From Epiperipatus broadwayi (lineage: Eukaryota > Animalia > Onychophora), in the NCBI GenBank assembly GCA_028023455.1, contig JAQFVV010000001.1, positions 16,244,001 through 16,308,000 on the forward strand: 64,000 bases of DNA, in the 5' to 3' direction. A program made the translations under genes and the position numbers. This document shows, one piece after another, positions 62,969-64,000 of this stretch. The notes beneath the pieces are model-generated. The model was not told the origin of the DNA. It saw only the letters and a list, made by a program, of their open reading frames with translations, and searched no databases. The first letter of the stretch is position 1; every line of letters starts with the position of its first letter.

Positions 62969-62988
62969 TGGCGCTTCCAACGTGAAGC
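62969..62988 (+). promoter_or_regulatory. Primer-binding site, tRNA-Lys(CTT)-like
   Basis: TGGCGCTTCCAACGTGAAGC, compared from memory with the tRNA-Lys1,2 complement TGGCGCCCAACGTGGGGC. It directly follows the ...TTACA-tt LTR end. Confidence 0.65.
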
Positions 62989-63290
62989 TAGTATAAATGA
63001 AGCGTCTTAAAAAAAAAAAAAAAAAAAGAGCAAATCCAAATACTAGCAAAAGCGGCCGAACTGGGAGAAGACGCGGAAAAGTGTAAACAAAAAGCGTAGT
63101 AAAAAAAGAAAAAAAAATTTTTAGCGATAAAATATAAACAAACGGAACAAAATCGCGGCAAGACTTAAAATTGCAAATATGTAAACAAGTCACCGGAGCA
63201 AGATAAAATAAATAAAGCATAGCAGGAGATAGGGGAGCGGACGCGGATCAGTCGCTGTCACCATAAAACTATAAAATCAAAGTAAACAGA

Positions 63291-64000
63291 ATGGAGGGAA
63301 AATGGATAAAAATAGAGCAATTCAAAGGAAAGGGAAATGAGAATCCGTGTCGATACATAGAAAGTTTGAAAGGTTGTTTTCATGCGAGCAGTTCAACGAA
63401 GAGTCCAAAATAGCGATGCGTGCAGCCACATCAAGGGGAAGCCGTGGAATGGTGGGAAACGATAAAAAACAAACCAAAGACATTGAGGAGTACCAAAGGG
63501 TTATCATGGAAAGATACTGGGGAGTAGCCCAGCAGGAAAGAGAAAGATGGGAAATAGAACGAAACAAGAGGGAGGAAGAGGAAAAATACAGTACCTTTGT
63601 ACAGAGACAAATGGCAAGACTAGAAAAATAACAGATACCAGATCCGGAGGAACAGCAATTAGGATGCGGGACGCACCTACCCAGGAAGTCAAGCAGATAA
63701 TTGAGAGGAGACCGAAATAACAGGAGTGCTAAAGAAACTACAGGCGATCGAGAACGAGAGTATTTCAACCAAGAGGAGGACAATGGATCAGAATACCAAT
63801 ATGAAAAGAGGGGAAGGGGAAGAGCCTCGGGAAGACCGAATGCCCAATAATCGACGTGTCGATCCAAGGGCACAAGGCTAGGGCTTTACTGGATACGGGA
63901 AGCCAAGTATCCGTGATGTCTCAGGAATTGTTCAACGAGATGCCCAGAACGCAGAGATAAAAACGTTACCGCTAAAGGGAACCAAATCGTACGCAATGGA
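63291..64000 (+). mobile_element. gag and aspartyl protease of Gypsy element D (frameshifted; continues beyond the window)
   Basis: ATG 63291 gives FKGKGNENPCRYI, then shifted frames give EAVEWWETI and MERYWG (Retrotrans_gag-like). Protease CPIIDVSIQGHKARALLDTGSQVSVMS, with DTG at 63892-63900. Confidence 0.88.

Noticed and set aside
63322-63873. 183-aa minus-strand ORF
   Set aside because: It is the antisense shadow of purine-rich gag-protease sequence, with no recognisable domain.

Overview
This window is very AT-rich, CpG-depleted animal genomic DNA dominated by nested, mostly decayed transposons. All alignments and counts were done by eye. Host genes: the last two coding exons of an SLC16/monocarboxylate-type MFS transporter (+, 3584-4798 and 9829-9995; splice phases join correctly), the first exon of an FG-repeat nucleoporin-like gene (+, 47829-47934), and a retroposed-looking tRNA-Gly(TCC) pseudogene (-, 2622-2693). 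Mobile DNA: Tx1/L1-like, RTE, CR1/L2-like and Ingi/Vingi-like LINE remnants; a nested Ty3/Gypsy cluster at 32.8-46 kb; a CpG-rich Gypsy element with an apparent 2.2-kb LTR at the right end; a hAT/Charlie MITE with a perfect TSD; an unclassified TIR element; and several foldback hairpins. The most notable signal is two distinct Penelope-like element (PLE) lineages, each carrying a minimal hammerhead-ribozyme fold with a palindromic stem III, the form known to cleave as a dimer. Lineage 2 has four decayed copies whose consensus rebuilds a canonical CUGAUGA...GAAA hammerhead. Lineage 1 includes a young 740-bp-arm inverted insertion with a 14-bp TSD. It carries a non-canonical core (A3-U8 in place of C3-G8, plus an extra U after position 9), and its stem II covaries between two subfamilies.
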